From contig CP070758.1 in assembly GCA_020348925.1 (NCBI GenBank), forward strand, positions 1,010,469 to 1,074,468: DNA of 64,000 nucleotides, in the 5' to 3' direction. The notes under the pieces were generated by a model. The model made no database searches. It was given only the letters and a program-made list of their open reading frames with translations, and was not told where the DNA came from. The position numbers were made by a program, and so were the translations under genes. Source of the DNA: Gemmatimonadota bacterium. Lineage in GTDB: Bacteria; JBHIER01; G020348925. Below are positions 29,229-40,659 of the stretch, piece by piece. Each line of letters starts with the position of its first letter. Within the stretch, counting starts at the first letter, position 1.

Positions 29229-31348
29229 ACGACCCTCTCAAGCGTCTGGTGTGGGATGCGAGCCACAACCGTTGTACCCTGGCCGGCTGTACCATGGATT
29301 GCCAACTCGCCTCCGAAAAAGTGGACCCGTTCCCGCATACCGATGAGGCCGAAGGACTGATGATCGCTGCTCTCCTCATCAGTGATCCCCCGTCCATTAT
29401 CCTGAACTCTGAGCTCGACCAAATCTCCCTTCTTCTCGAGATGCACCATCACTCTGGTCGCCCCTGAATGCCGTGCTATGTTGGTCATAGTCTCCTGGAA
29501 AATGCGAAAGAGTGCGGTGGAACGATCCCGGTCCAGAAGAAAGTCCTCAGGATCGATAGTCAGCTCGCATGTCACTCCGGTCCGACTCTGGACTTCATTC
29601 ACAAGCCATTCTATGGCCGCCACAAGACCCAGATCGTCCAGGACCCCTGGTCTCAGCTCGGTCGAAATCCTCTTGACTGTTTGGATCGTTGTATTCACCA
29701 GTTCCGACATTGATTCTATCTTCTCGATCCACGGTTTCTGATCATCCCCAAGCCTCTTGTGGAACCACGAAAGATCCATCTTCAATGCGGTCAGGGTTTG
29801 GCCCAACTCATCGTGGATCTCGCGGGCGATGGTGGTTCTTTCCGATTCTCTCACGGACTGCAAATACATAGCGAGGTTGCGCAACTCCTCTTGCGAAACT
29901 CGCAGCTCTTCCTCGGCCTTTTGGCGCTCGACAATCTCCTGGCGAAGCTTCTCATTCGTATCTTTCAACTCGGCTGTTTTCTCATCAATCAACTCCTCAA
30001 GATGCTCACGATACTTCTCCAGTTCTTCTTCCGCATGGGTGCGTTCTATAATTCTTCCCAACCGTTCAGCAATGGCAGTGAGCAGGTTTCTCTCCTCCAC
30101 CAAGAAAGGTCCTTCATCACGTTGCGGCCTCTCTTCCATATAAAAGATTTCTATCGATCCCATACGTTTGCTCTGCACAACAATATCAGTAGCCTGCTGC
30201 CAAATTGTTTGTTGAAAGTTTTTCGTTCTGAATTCTTCTCCCTTCACGATAATACGAGCACAGGTAATGTCAGGATACTGCCACGCAGGCGGTATCAGAT
30301 CGACGCATCCTTGAAGGATCTCATCCAATGTGATATTCGGTGTCGCAACGAGTTTTGCAATGGAGTAAAGGCAATTCAATTCCTTGACCCTCTCGCCAAG
30401 CTCCTGCGTTCTCTCCTCCAACGCTTGGTGCGACTTGACCCGGTCTGTGATATTCGTCAAGGTCAGGACCAAACCAATAACTGTGTTCCCTTGATCCTTA
30501 ATGGGCACGAGGCTCCAATCCCAATAGGTCACCCCACGCTCTGGGTGTTCTGCGTATTCAAACGGTTTGGCCCGTGCAAAATAGGCCTCGCCGGTTTCAA
30601 CAACCCGCCTGAATATCTCCTTGTTCTCAGGATTGGGATACAGATCGAAATGATTCTTCCCCGGAAAAAAAGAGGGTTCTCGCTCGTCCGCCATGGCGTA
30701 GGCGCGGTTCACCTTAACAAAGTTGAAGTGATGATCCATATAGGCGACAAGCATGTGCGTGTGATCGAGGATTGTCTCGAGAAGCAGCGTGGACTCTTTC
30801 AGTGCCTCTTCAACCTGTTTGCGCTGCGTTATATCTATCACACCGGCAATTGCTCCGGCATAATTTCCATCCTTGTCGAAAATCGGGGCTGTTTCGAGGA
30901 GCGCAGAGACCGATGTCCCGTTTTTCTTGAGAAATGTGAATTCATGCTGCTCGACAATTCCCTGTTTACGCTTGTCTAAATTGTGCTTCGCAATCGCCCG
31001 ACCCTTTTCATCCATAAACTCAAAAAGATGTTTTCCCTGCATTTCATCCATTGAGTACCCTAAGAGTTCTGCCATGCGTGGGTTGACAAAGGTGGTGTAG
31101 GCGTCTTTATCAATTGCCCAAACACCTTCCTGCAGTGCTTCAAGGAGTTTATGATATTTTTCTTCGCTCTTTTGAAGAGCCTCTGCTATAGGAACATATT
31201 TTTCCGCATACGCCTCCAGCATAGCGATCCGTTTTTTCAGTTCTGTCACTTCGTCTTTTAATTGTGCTTTTGCCTTATTCTTCATCTTTTTAGATTCATC
31301 TCCAATTTTGTTGATGAATTCACTACTCTCTGGACTGATGACCAACAT
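29225..31348 (-). CDS. Cytoplasmic PAS-domain sensor histidine kinase (HisKA_3)
   Basis: Two PAS domains, IAREIHDELGQ H-box, DNGRGI, GLIGMRER; no TM segments. Confidence 0.95.
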   Translation of the reverse strand: MLVISPESSEFINKIGDESKKMKNKAKAQLKDEVTELKKRIAMLEAYAEKYVPIAEALQKSEEKYHKLLEALQEGVWAIDKDAYTTFVNPRMAELLGYSMDEMQGKHLFEFMDEKGRAIAKHNLDKRKQGIVEQHEFTFLKKNGTSVSALLETAPIFDKDGNYAGAIAGVIDITQRKQVEEALKESTLLLETILDHTHMLVAYMDHHFNFVKVNRAYAMADEREPSFFPGKNHFDLYPNPENKEIFRRVVETGEAYFARAKPFEYAEHPERGVTYWDWSLVPIKDQGNTVIGLVLTLTNITDRVKSHQALEERTQELGERVKELNCLYSIAKLVATPNITLDEILQGCVDLIPPAWQYPDITCARIIVKGEEFRTKNFQQTIWQQATDIVVQSKRMGSIEIFYMEERPQRDEGPFLVEERNLLTAIAERLGRIIERTHAEEELEKYREHLEELIDEKTAELKDTNEKLRQEIVERQKAEEELRVSQEELRNLAMYLQSVRESERTTIAREIHDELGQTLTALKMDLSWFHKRLGDDQKPWIEKIESMSELVNTTIQTVKRISTELRPGVLDDLGLVAAIEWLVNEVQSRTGVTCELTIDPEDFLLDRDRSTALFRIFQETMTNIARHSGATRVMVHLEKKGDLVELRVQDNGRGITDEESSDHQSFGLIGMRERVHFFGGELAIHGTAGQGTTVVARIPHQTLERVV

Positions 31349-31444
31349 GGCCCTGAAATGGTCTTAGCATGGGTAACGGCGACCAAGTTCCTTTAGGCGT
31401 TTCGGTTAGGATCACACCTCTTCCCGCTGAAGAATACAGAGCAG

Positions 31445-31633
31445 ATGCCCTGAAACCTGAGCCGCTGGACCATCCGGCAAGCGAAGCGTTGTTTTTCCGG
31501 CTTTATGAATCCCCGCTAAAGCGGGGAAGAGTTTCGGAAAAACAGTGCAGCGAGCCGCAGATGGTCCGGCGAAGGCTTGGGGCTGGCCTTTCTTTTTGCT
31601 TCATTTTCTTTGGCCAGCAAAGAAAAAGAAGGG
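31445..31633 (+). repeat. ~190-bp structured repeat, copy 6
   Basis: Aligns to copy 1; tip TCCCCGC-TAAA-GCGGGGA. Confidence 0.88.
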
Positions 31634-32015
31634 AAGTCATTTCGATCGTTCGGCATCAACTTTTTTTTATCTACAAGATATTCATTGTGTTTGAACCATA
31701 TCCCTCAATCAAATTTGAGAAGAACCTCTTTTTATAGCTCAGGAAAATGCTTTTTATTGCCTATTGAAATACATGTTTGAGTAAATATACGAGATTTCAT
31801 ACATGTGTCAAGAATCAATTCCAAAGGCTGTGAGAATCCAAATGAGAATATGCCTGTCACTCCTGTATCAGGCCGAGCAAAGGTGAGGGATGAATACAGA
31901 GTCTTCCCCGTATTTTATAACGGGGAATCCTTGTCCCTACGAAGGCAGGGATCTCCAGCCATGTGGCACCAACAGGGAGATTCCGGTACGGGGACCGGAA
32001 TGACATACCCGTGCT

Positions 32016-33075
32016 TCATCCCGGAGGACATGAACCGATTCCCAAAATAACATTGACGACACCGATCAAATCCAATATATTGACTATTCCATCCTGATTA
32101 CAGTCGGCGGCCTGAAGGTGTTCATTTGACGGCGTTACCAGCTCAATAATAATATTCACGATGAATAGAGCGTCAAGAATATCGATCTCTCCATCCAGAT
32201 TGGCATCTCCTGTTATGATAGCCCCGGGACCCACAATCAGAAAACCGTCCGATACGATTGAGGGTATAGAATCGGCTGTGTCATCCGACAGAACAACCCT
32301 GACAAAGTGAAAGAGCAGACTGTCCCCCGCAACAGCGTCTTCACTGATGTCACAGGTTATTCCAATTACAGCTCCTGTTCCCGGAGCGATGACATCGGCT
32401 GAAAAATCCGAAACAAGAACGTTGATACGGCCCGGCTCGGGTTCGTTCCAATTGAAGAAATCCATGTGATTCGTCCGTGATGTAGGATATAGATCGAGAA
32501 CGGTTAAAAGATCGAAAGGGAAAGTAAACTTGGCCTCGAGACCGGCAACAGGTTCGATGGCATGCTTCTCGTTGTCGAGATTCAGCGTCACATTGACCTG
32601 ATGGCCGGGCAACCCATACACAGTAGGAATAAAAAGTTCAACCAGTGCCGCTACAGGACGCTCTTCCACAGTAATGCTCAGATTCTTCATCACTGACTTC
32701 ATGTTGCTGTCTATTACCCGGACCGTAAAGTGAAATGTAGCGGGGGAATCCGGGACTCCGGAGATCACTCCGCTTCCGTCAAGGCTTAAACCTGGGGGGA
32801 ACTCTCCGCCCGCGACCTCCCAGTTGTACGGGGGCCATCCTCCCGATGCGTATAAGGTTTCCGCGTACACACTTCCAACAGTACCCTCACCGAAAGACAG
32901 AGTGAGAATTTGGAGAGGGGCGTTGTACACGATCTCGTCAAAAAATAGGTCAGACCAATTCCCAACGACATCTTTGAGCGTCGCATAGACTCTCTTCACC
33001 CCGGACGGATCGTTCCCTCCTGATTGCGACAGATCCCAATCGCTCCGCGATACTGCAAAAGGTTCCTCATCCGAC
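32016..33075 (-). CDS. Ig-domain + cohesin + dockerin protein, C-terminal part (5' end lost in gap)
   Basis: GGWPPYNW..LPPGLSL-type Ig; cohesin-like VAGLEAKFTF..IAPGTGAVI; dockerin GDANLDGEIDILD..ADCNQDGIVNILD. Confidence 0.82.
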
Positions 33076-33175
33076 NNNNNNNNNNNNNNNNNNNNNNNNN
33101 NNNNNNNNNNNNNNNNNNNNNNNNNNNNNNNNNNNNNNNNNNNNNNNNNNNNNNNNNNNNNNNNNNNNNNNNNNN

Positions 33176-34541
<1,366 letters not shown>

Positions 34542-34775
34542 ATACAATTTATTTCAAAGTACAAATTGAAAAATGTAAAAACAGGGATCGCACAGGATAT
34601 GTATCCTGTGCTGGGGGCGTGGAATGGGATATGTATCCCTATATCGCCCGGCATACATATACTTGGCGATTGGAGAAACTTTTTCTACTCATACAGGAAT
34701 CGCACAGGATATGAATCCTGTTCGAGCGGAGTCGAGAAATCTGTATAACAAACGACTCAGGCTTAGAGAGAAATT

Positions 34776-35066
34776 ATGCCAGATAAAACCTTCACCCTGA
34801 AAATCGTCACTCCAGAAGAGGAGATCTTCAACAGTGAGGTCGTCTCCGTCGTCGTCCCCGGCACTGGAGGCAGCTTCGGCGTCCTGGCCAACCACGCGCC
34901 GCTCATCAGTCAGGTTGAGTACGGTATCGTCAGTGCCATGCTCCCCGACGGATCGGAGGTCGTGGTTGATCAGAGGGGTGGGTATGTGAAGGTCAAGGAT
35001 AATGAGATGGTTTTACTTGCATCCTCTGCTACCATCGAAGCCGAAGTCAGCGGCGTCCCGAGATAG
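34776..35066 (+). CDS. atpC: F1 ATP synthase epsilon subunit (short form)
   Basis: IVTPE, GSFGVLANHAPLIS; follows atpD. Confidence 0.93.
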   Translation: MPDKTFTLKIVTPEEEIFNSEVVSVVVPGTGGSFGVLANHAPLISQVEYGIVSAMLPDGSEVVVDQRGGYVKVKDNEMVLLASSATIEAEVSGVPR

Positions 35067-35100
35067 AAATGTATCCGTATCTTCGTTTTTCACAGATTAA

Positions 35101-35246
35101 TCCCTTGCCCCTCTGTACCCCAGCACCTTTACATTTCTGCACATTTATCTTCCGTTCTCTCTTTTCCGCAGATCGCACCCCTGCGCCTCTGCACCCTTGC
35201 ATCTCGTCCCAAAACTATCATCTATCATCTACTATCTAATATCTGA
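35101..35246. repeat. Low-complexity CCCCTGCA / CTATC short tandem units (similar at 35632-35675, 37288-37325)
   Basis: Repeated GCACCCCT-like octamers and CTATCAT units. Confidence 0.5.
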
Positions 35247-35248
35247 TT

Positions 35249-35629
35249 ATGACTGACGAAACCAAAAAATTGCTTGAGCAAGGACATGATCACTTCGAAG
35301 GGGCCAGGATCCTTTTAAACAAAGGTTATCCTACAGATAGTGTCGGTTTGTTACTCCACCAGGCCTTGGGGGCATATTTCAAAGGACTCTTGGCTCATCT
35401 GGAAATCGACCCGCAGGAGAATGATGATTTAATTACTCTGTTCAGTTCAATTATTCAAAAGCATAGAGAATTCAAGAATTTTGAAAAGTTATGCGAGCGA
35501 GTGAACGGCTATTACGCTTTCGGCAAAGTACCCCCCGACCCTTTAAGCAAAAAAGCACAGGAGGAAATGAAAACTTCTTTGACTGAGACTGAAAAACTGA
35601 TTGCAAAGATAAACGAAAAACTCTCCTAA
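35249..35629 (+). CDS. HEPN-domain-like protein, degenerate, no adjacent MNT
   Basis: A..LL..GY...LHQA...FKGLL helical pattern. Confidence 0.65.
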   Translation: MTDETKKLLEQGHDHFEGARILLNKGYPTDSVGLLLHQALGAYFKGLLAHLEIDPQENDDLITLFSSIIQKHREFKNFEKLCERVNGYYAFGKVPPDPLSKKAQEEMKTSLTETEKLIAKINEKLS

Positions 35630-35753
35630 TCCTCCCCAGCTTCCCCGCACCCTTGCTCCTCTGCTCCCCTGCATTCCACCTTTACTCTGAGCCCAGTTGA
35701 AGGGTCATCCTGAGTCTATTATGTCGAGAAGCTTATCGAAGAGTCAAAAATAG

Positions 35754-35945
35754 CCCTTCTTTTTCTTTGCTGGTCAAAGAAAAAGAATCAAAAAGAAAGG
35801 CCAGCCCAATAAACCTTCGCCGGGACCGTCACCGGCTCACTCCGCTGTTTTTTCCAAACTCGTCCCCGATTCTCGGGGACTCAGACACCGGAAAAAACAA
35901 CACTCCGCTTGCCGGACGATCCCAACGGCTCATGTTTCAGGGCAT
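35754..35945 (-). repeat. ~190-bp structured repeat, copy 7 (inverted)
   Basis: Reverse complement aligns to copies 1-3; shares AGGTGTTGTGGTGTTGA flank to 35962. Confidence 0.9.
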
Positions 35946-36018
35946 TCAACACCACAACACCTAACTACAATTTCCCTCGTTCCTGAAATCTGATTCCTCT
36001 TATATCCTTTTCTGTTTT

Positions 36019-36169
36019 CCTTTCATTTTCTTTGCTGACCAAAGAAAGTGCAGCCCAATAAACATTCGCCGGTACCATCCACGGCTCGCTGCGTTTTTTT
36101 TAAACTCTTCCTCGATTCTCGGCGACTCAGACAGCGGAAAAAACTGAGCCTGTCCTGAGCGAAGTCGAA
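36019..36169 (-). repeat. ~190-bp structured repeat, copy 8 (truncated, fused to small REP hairpin)
   Basis: 3' two-thirds of element followed by GAGCCTGTCCTGAGCGAAGTCGAA. Confidence 0.82.
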
Positions 36170-36247
36170 AAACCTTTTCTCTTGACATGCAGTGGATGTG
36201 CCGATATATTCGTGTTCAGGTTTGCCTGCGTTGAGAGATAAAGAAAA

Positions 36248-36436
36248 ATGACCAATTCAATTCCAATAGAATAGAATCAAAAGCGAATCTATGAGATTCA
36301 TGGTGTAAAAGTAATGTTAGATTGTGATCTTGCAGAATTATATGGAGTCGAAACAAAGCAACTAAAGAGGCAAGTAAAACGCAATATGAAACGTTTCCCT
36401 GAAGGATTTAAAAAAATAGCCACACATCTTTTTTAA
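36248..36436 (+). pseudogene. Truncated ORF6N-domain gene
   Basis: [53 protein letters not shown]; in-frame TAG at 36272 and early end. Confidence 0.8.
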
Positions 36437-36463
36437 AGAGATCGTAGGAGAAGGAGAGAAAGA

Positions 36464-37054
36464 GTGAAAAAGGATATGAGCAAAAGCGTAAATGTGAGTA
36501 AGAATGAATTTCCGATACCGTTAGATATCGAACCACTTATTCATACTATTCGCGATCAGAAAGTGATCTTGGATTCGGACTTGGCAGCGATATATGGAGT
36601 TCCGACATATCGCTTCAATGAAGCCGTGAATCGTACTCATAACAGATTCCCCTCTTATTTCATGTTTCAGCTTAACAGTCAAGAGCTTACAACTTTGACA
36701 TCGCAAAATGCGATGTCAAAAACAGGACGAGGAGGGAGACGTACTCTTCCTTATGCTTTTACGGAACATGGCGCCGTTATGGCTGCAAATATCCTGCGGA
36801 GCCCCCGAGCTGTACAGATGAGTGTTTTCGTCGTACGGGCTTTCATGAAGATGAGACAGATGATAGTGGTTCAACAGGATTTGGCGAGAGAACTGGCTGA
36901 GCTTGAAAACAAACTCACGAAAAGGCTAAATGTGCATGAGAGCGCGATTGTGAAGGTCATTCAAGAACTTATACTTATACTCAATCCGCCACCAAAACAA
37001 ATCCCGATCAAAAAGAAAATCGGCTTTCAAGCTAAGCAGACCATAAGCAAATAG
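36464..37054 (+). CDS. ORF6N (KilA-N-like) DNA-binding protein
   Basis: KVILDSDLAAIYGV, RFP..FMFQL, PYAFTEHGA.MAA, KIGF tail. Confidence 0.92.
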   Translation: MKKDMSKSVNVSKNEFPIPLDIEPLIHTIRDQKVILDSDLAAIYGVPTYRFNEAVNRTHNRFPSYFMFQLNSQELTTLTSQNAMSKTGRGGRRTLPYAFTEHGAVMAANILRSPRAVQMSVFVVRAFMKMRQMIVVQQDLARELAELENKLTKRLNVHESAIVKVIQELILILNPPPKQIPIKKKIGFQAKQTISK

Positions 37055-37082
37055 GAAGAAAGAATATACTGTTCCATGAACA

Positions 37083-37276
37083 CCCCTTCATTTTCTTTGC
37101 TTGTTCAAAGAAGACGAAGCAAAAGAAAGAACAACCCAATAAACATTCGCCGGGACTGTCATCGGCTTCCTCTGCTGTTTTTTCCAAACTCGGTCTCGCT
37201 TCGCTCCTCCTCAGACAGCGGAAAAAAACAACACTCCGCTTGCCGGACGATCCCAACGGCTCATGTTTCAGGGCAT
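37083..37276 (-). repeat. ~190-bp structured repeat, copy 9 (inverted)
   Basis: Reverse complement aligns to copies 2 and 7. Confidence 0.9.
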
Positions 37277-37433
37277 TTACTCCTATACTCCCCTGCACCT
37301 TTACAACTCTGCTCCCTGCCCTTGGCATTCAACNNNNNNNNNNNNNNNNNNNNNNNNNNNNNNNNNNNNNNNNNNNNNNNNNNNNNNNNNNNNNNNNNNN
37401 NNNNNNNNNNNNNNNNNNNNNNNNNNNNNNNNN

Positions 37434-38269
37434 ATTTCTGGGCCGATTCCAGTTACATGGTTCTCGGGGACAATACGGTTACGACCAATATGGATTTTTT
37501 CGCTTCACCCTTTACCCCTGTTCCCTCCGATTATAAGCTCATATACACCGAAGATGGGGACACTTCCATCAACAGGGTCGTGACACCTTTTGAGATCTGG
37601 AACGTGACCGAGAACACGAAGCCCGATTTTACTGTGCAGGAGCATACATCCGCACGGGACGGTAGGTGGACCGACGGGGAACCCATTGGTCTCTGGGAAC
37701 CGTATCCCTTCAGTCCGACTTGGACCATCAACCACTTCGCCCGGCCAGATACGTTGGGGATCGAGGATATCGACACCATACCCGGGCCGGATTTTCACAC
37801 CGTCCCAGGTCCTGGGGGTGAGCTTGATACCATCTGGCATTACATGTTCGGGGATACGCTGCCGATGCACACAGGTGATGAGATCTTCATCAAGACCCAG
37901 AAACCCATTATTGCAGGAGACCGCTTTCGGATAAATACACAAGCGTACAAGGTTGAGACCACAGCCCATGATGTTCTCGATTCGATCAAGGTCGTCCCCA
38001 ATCCCTATGTCGTCTCGGCAGAATGGGAACTGAACAGGAACATCCGGGAAATCCACTTCACCCACCTACCAAGCGTGTGTGACATTCACATCTACACACT
38101 CACTGGAGAGCCCATACGGACGATCCATCACGAAAATGAAACCGTCGGGTGGGCGGCCTGGGATCTTCTCACTGAAAATCGCCAATTGGTAGCATACGGG
38201 CTTTACATCTATGTGGTGGAGACTCCTGATGGGCGAACATATTTGGGCAAATTTGCTGTGATTCAATAG
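37434..38269 (+). CDS. Large secreted protein, C-terminal part with T9SS-like CTD (5' lost in gap)
   Basis: IKVVPNPY..IHFTHLP..IYTLTGE..WDL..GLYIYVV..GKFAVI. Confidence 0.85.
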
Positions 38270-38319
38270 AGGATACGAGCAATGAACGACATGCTTTCCT
38301 TCCAATTAAGGAGGTCGCG

Positions 38320-39399
38320 ATGATCAAACGCGTAATTGTTTTTCTGATGGTAGCCACAGCCGTGGCGAGTTGCGTCTGGGCTCAGGGAACAAACTTGCCC
38401 TTCAATAAAGTGGCCACATCGGCGGCTCAGTTTCTCAAATTTGGTGTCGGCGGTCGAGCCGTAGCGCTAGGTGGATCACATGCAGCCCTCTCGGGAGATG
38501 CCTCTGCGCTCTACTGGAATCCTGCCGGCATCGCCTCAATGCGCCGGAGCTCTCTGTACGCCTCATACATGGATTATTTCGTGGGTATTTCCCACAACTT
38601 CGTCGGTTACGTTCAGCCAATCGACGTCGAGAGCTCCTTCGGCGTCAGTATCATCTACTTGGACAGCGGCGATATTGAAATAACAACCATCGATCAACCC
38701 GAGGGGACAGGTTCATCTTACGACGTCAAAGACTTGGCCATAGGTCTGACCTATGCCAAATACATTACGGACCGTTTCATGGGTGGTGTGACGGTCAAGT
38801 ATATTCAAGAGGGGATTTGGCGGGAAAAGGCCCATACGTTCGCTTTCGATATTGGGTCCATATTGGACACAGGACTCTTAGGTATTAAATTGGGAATGAG
38901 CCTTTCCAATTTCGGAGGAAATATGAAGCTCGCCGGACCGGATCTGGATGTCGAGCACGACCGCTATGATGAGAATCCGGGTGACCGTGAAGTGCCGTCT
39001 CGGCTTGAGACTGAGGAGTGGCCCCTGCCACTTATCTACCGCATAGGCCTTGCCACAGATTTAGTCGGCATCGGAGGTCAACTTGCCGAGAGTGCTGAGA
39101 GTCGCTTGACACTCCTCTTCGATGCGAATGATCCGAACGATGCCGAGCTCAGGCCGAATGTGGGACTTGAATATCAGTGGAAGGATATTCTGAGCCTGCG
39201 GACCGGGGGGCTTTTTCGGTATACAGACGAGTGGGATGACACGGCGCAGGCGACACAGTGGAATTCTCGTCTCTTCCTCAGTTTCGGAGTCGGACTCAAT
39301 TGGGAGACGGACTGGGGTCTGATGCAGTTCGACTATGCGAGAATGGACTACGATCTCCTGGGATGGGTTGACCATTTCTCCCTGGGAGTCGGCTTTTAG
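38320..39399 (+). CDS. PorV/PorQ-family outer membrane protein
   Basis: AAQFLKFGVGGRAVALG, LYWNPAGIA, C-terminal Phe. Confidence 0.88.
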   Translation: MIKRVIVFLMVATAVASCVWAQGTNLPFNKVATSAAQFLKFGVGGRAVALGGSHAALSGDASALYWNPAGIASMRRSSLYASYMDYFVGISHNFVGYVQPIDVESSFGVSIIYLDSGDIEITTIDQPEGTGSSYDVKDLAIGLTYAKYITDRFMGGVTVKYIQEGIWREKAHTFAFDIGSILDTGLLGIKLGMSLSNFGGNMKLAGPDLDVEHDRYDENPGDREVPSRLETEEWPLPLIYRIGLATDLVGIGGQLAESAESRLTLLFDANDPNDAELRPNVGLEYQWKDILSLRTGGLFRYTDEWDDTAQATQWNSRLFLSFGVGLNWETDWGLMQFDYARMDYDLLGWVDHFSLGVGF

Positions 39400-39432
39400 C
39401 CTCTCTGTCTGACTAAAAAATAGGATCACGAT

Positions 39433-39472
39433 AAGACCCGCCTTTGCATGGGATTGCGGAGGCGGGTTTTTC
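39433..39472 (+). terminator. Rho-independent terminator
   Basis: AGACCCGCCTTTGCA-loop-TGCGGAGGCGGGTTTTT. Confidence 0.8.
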
Positions 39473-39785
39473 TATCGTACGATGTGATCGAGGGGGGAGC
39501 GCTCTGATTCGGTTTTCGCCTCCACACCCCCGCAGTCCTCTCCGACCACTCCGAAAGAGTCCGGCGCCCTTCGGGCCGATCACCATCCTCGGTTCACCGA
39601 CAGAGGGAGATCCCGCTGGGAACTTCGTTCCCTCCTCTGTCTCTCCTATCCCAGGTGACAGTGAAGTACGCGGCATCCTTACTTTCATCACCCCCTATCA
39701 AGGTGAGACCAACCCAAGAGTCTGACTCACACTGGAAAGAGACTTGCTCAAAACCGTTCATACCATTTCCAATATTTTTAAGAAA

Positions 39786-40586
39786 CTAAGATTTCTCAAA
39801 ATCTTCCTGTGACGGGGAACATTGAGAGCGGAGCATGTGCAATACTCGAAGAGATTTGATGTCGCGGAACTCATCGGTGTGATACTTCAGGAAGGCATGA
39901 AGCAGATTGTCAATCTCCGAAGTCGCACCCTGCGGGGGGATAAGTTTGGTGGCATTTTCTGTCCGGACACGCTGTAAATGACGCAAAAAATCGAGGGATT
40001 TTTGGGAGAGGGCGTAAGCCTCATCATCCTTCACGGCGCATGGAGAACAGAGGACACCTCCCTTGGGCAGGCTGAAACCGACAACCGTTTTATCGGGTAT
40101 TCCTTTACAATGTGTACACATGTCGAGTTCCGGTTTGAACCCGAGAAAAGCCAACATGCGAAGCTCGAAGAACCATAGAAGAACTAGGAACTCATCCGGT
40201 TGCGCTCTCTCCAACTCGCCCAGCGTTTTGAGCGTCAATGCAAAGAGTGCCCGATTCTCGGCCTCCAGAGGGGTCAGGCGATCGACCAGCTCGCATACGG
40301 CACTGGCATAACTGAACCGTTCGAGATCGCCTTGGAGCATCCGGAAGGTCGTGATAATATCACTCTGGCTCAGGGTATGTACCTCCCGGCCCTCCTTCAT
40401 GTAAAAGACGATAGCGGCGTGTGTAGCCGGTTCAAGGGTACCACACATGGAGCTCTTCGGCCTCCGAACCCCCTTCGCCACCACAGCACATTTCCCGTAC
40501 TTTTTTGTATACAAAGTGACGACTTTGCTCGACTCGCTGAAATTGTGGGCCTTGAGCACAATCGCTTCTGTCTTGCAGATGGCCAT
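39786..40586 (-). CDS. recO: DNA repair protein RecO
   Basis: TEAIVLK, ESSKVVTLYT, AKGVRRPKS, Zn-finger CxxC..CxxC. Confidence 0.93.
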   Translation of the reverse strand: MAICKTEAIVLKAHNFSESSKVVTLYTKKYGKCAVVAKGVRRPKSSMCGTLEPATHAAIVFYMKEGREVHTLSQSDIITTFRMLQGDLERFSYASAVCELVDRLTPLEAENRALFALTLKTLGELERAQPDEFLVLLWFFELRMLAFLGFKPELDMCTHCKGIPDKTVVGFSLPKGGVLCSPCAVKDDEAYALSQKSLDFLRHLQRVRTENATKLIPPQGATSEIDNLLHAFLKYHTDEFRDIKSLRVLHMLRSQCSPSQEDFEKS

Positions 40587-40659
40587 AATACTCTCGAATA
40601 CCGTATCGAATCTTGATGAAGGTGCTGAGAAAATCTATGGATATTGTGAAGAATGCACT

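Noticed and set aside
34776-35066. AtpC lacking the C-terminal helical hairpin
   Set aside because: Short epsilon subunits are already known in Bacteroidota/Chlorobiota-related lineages.
36272-36274. In-frame TAG in ORF6N fragment as possible recoding
   Set aside because: The gene is also truncated downstream and TAG is used as a normal stop elsewhere; simple pseudogene.
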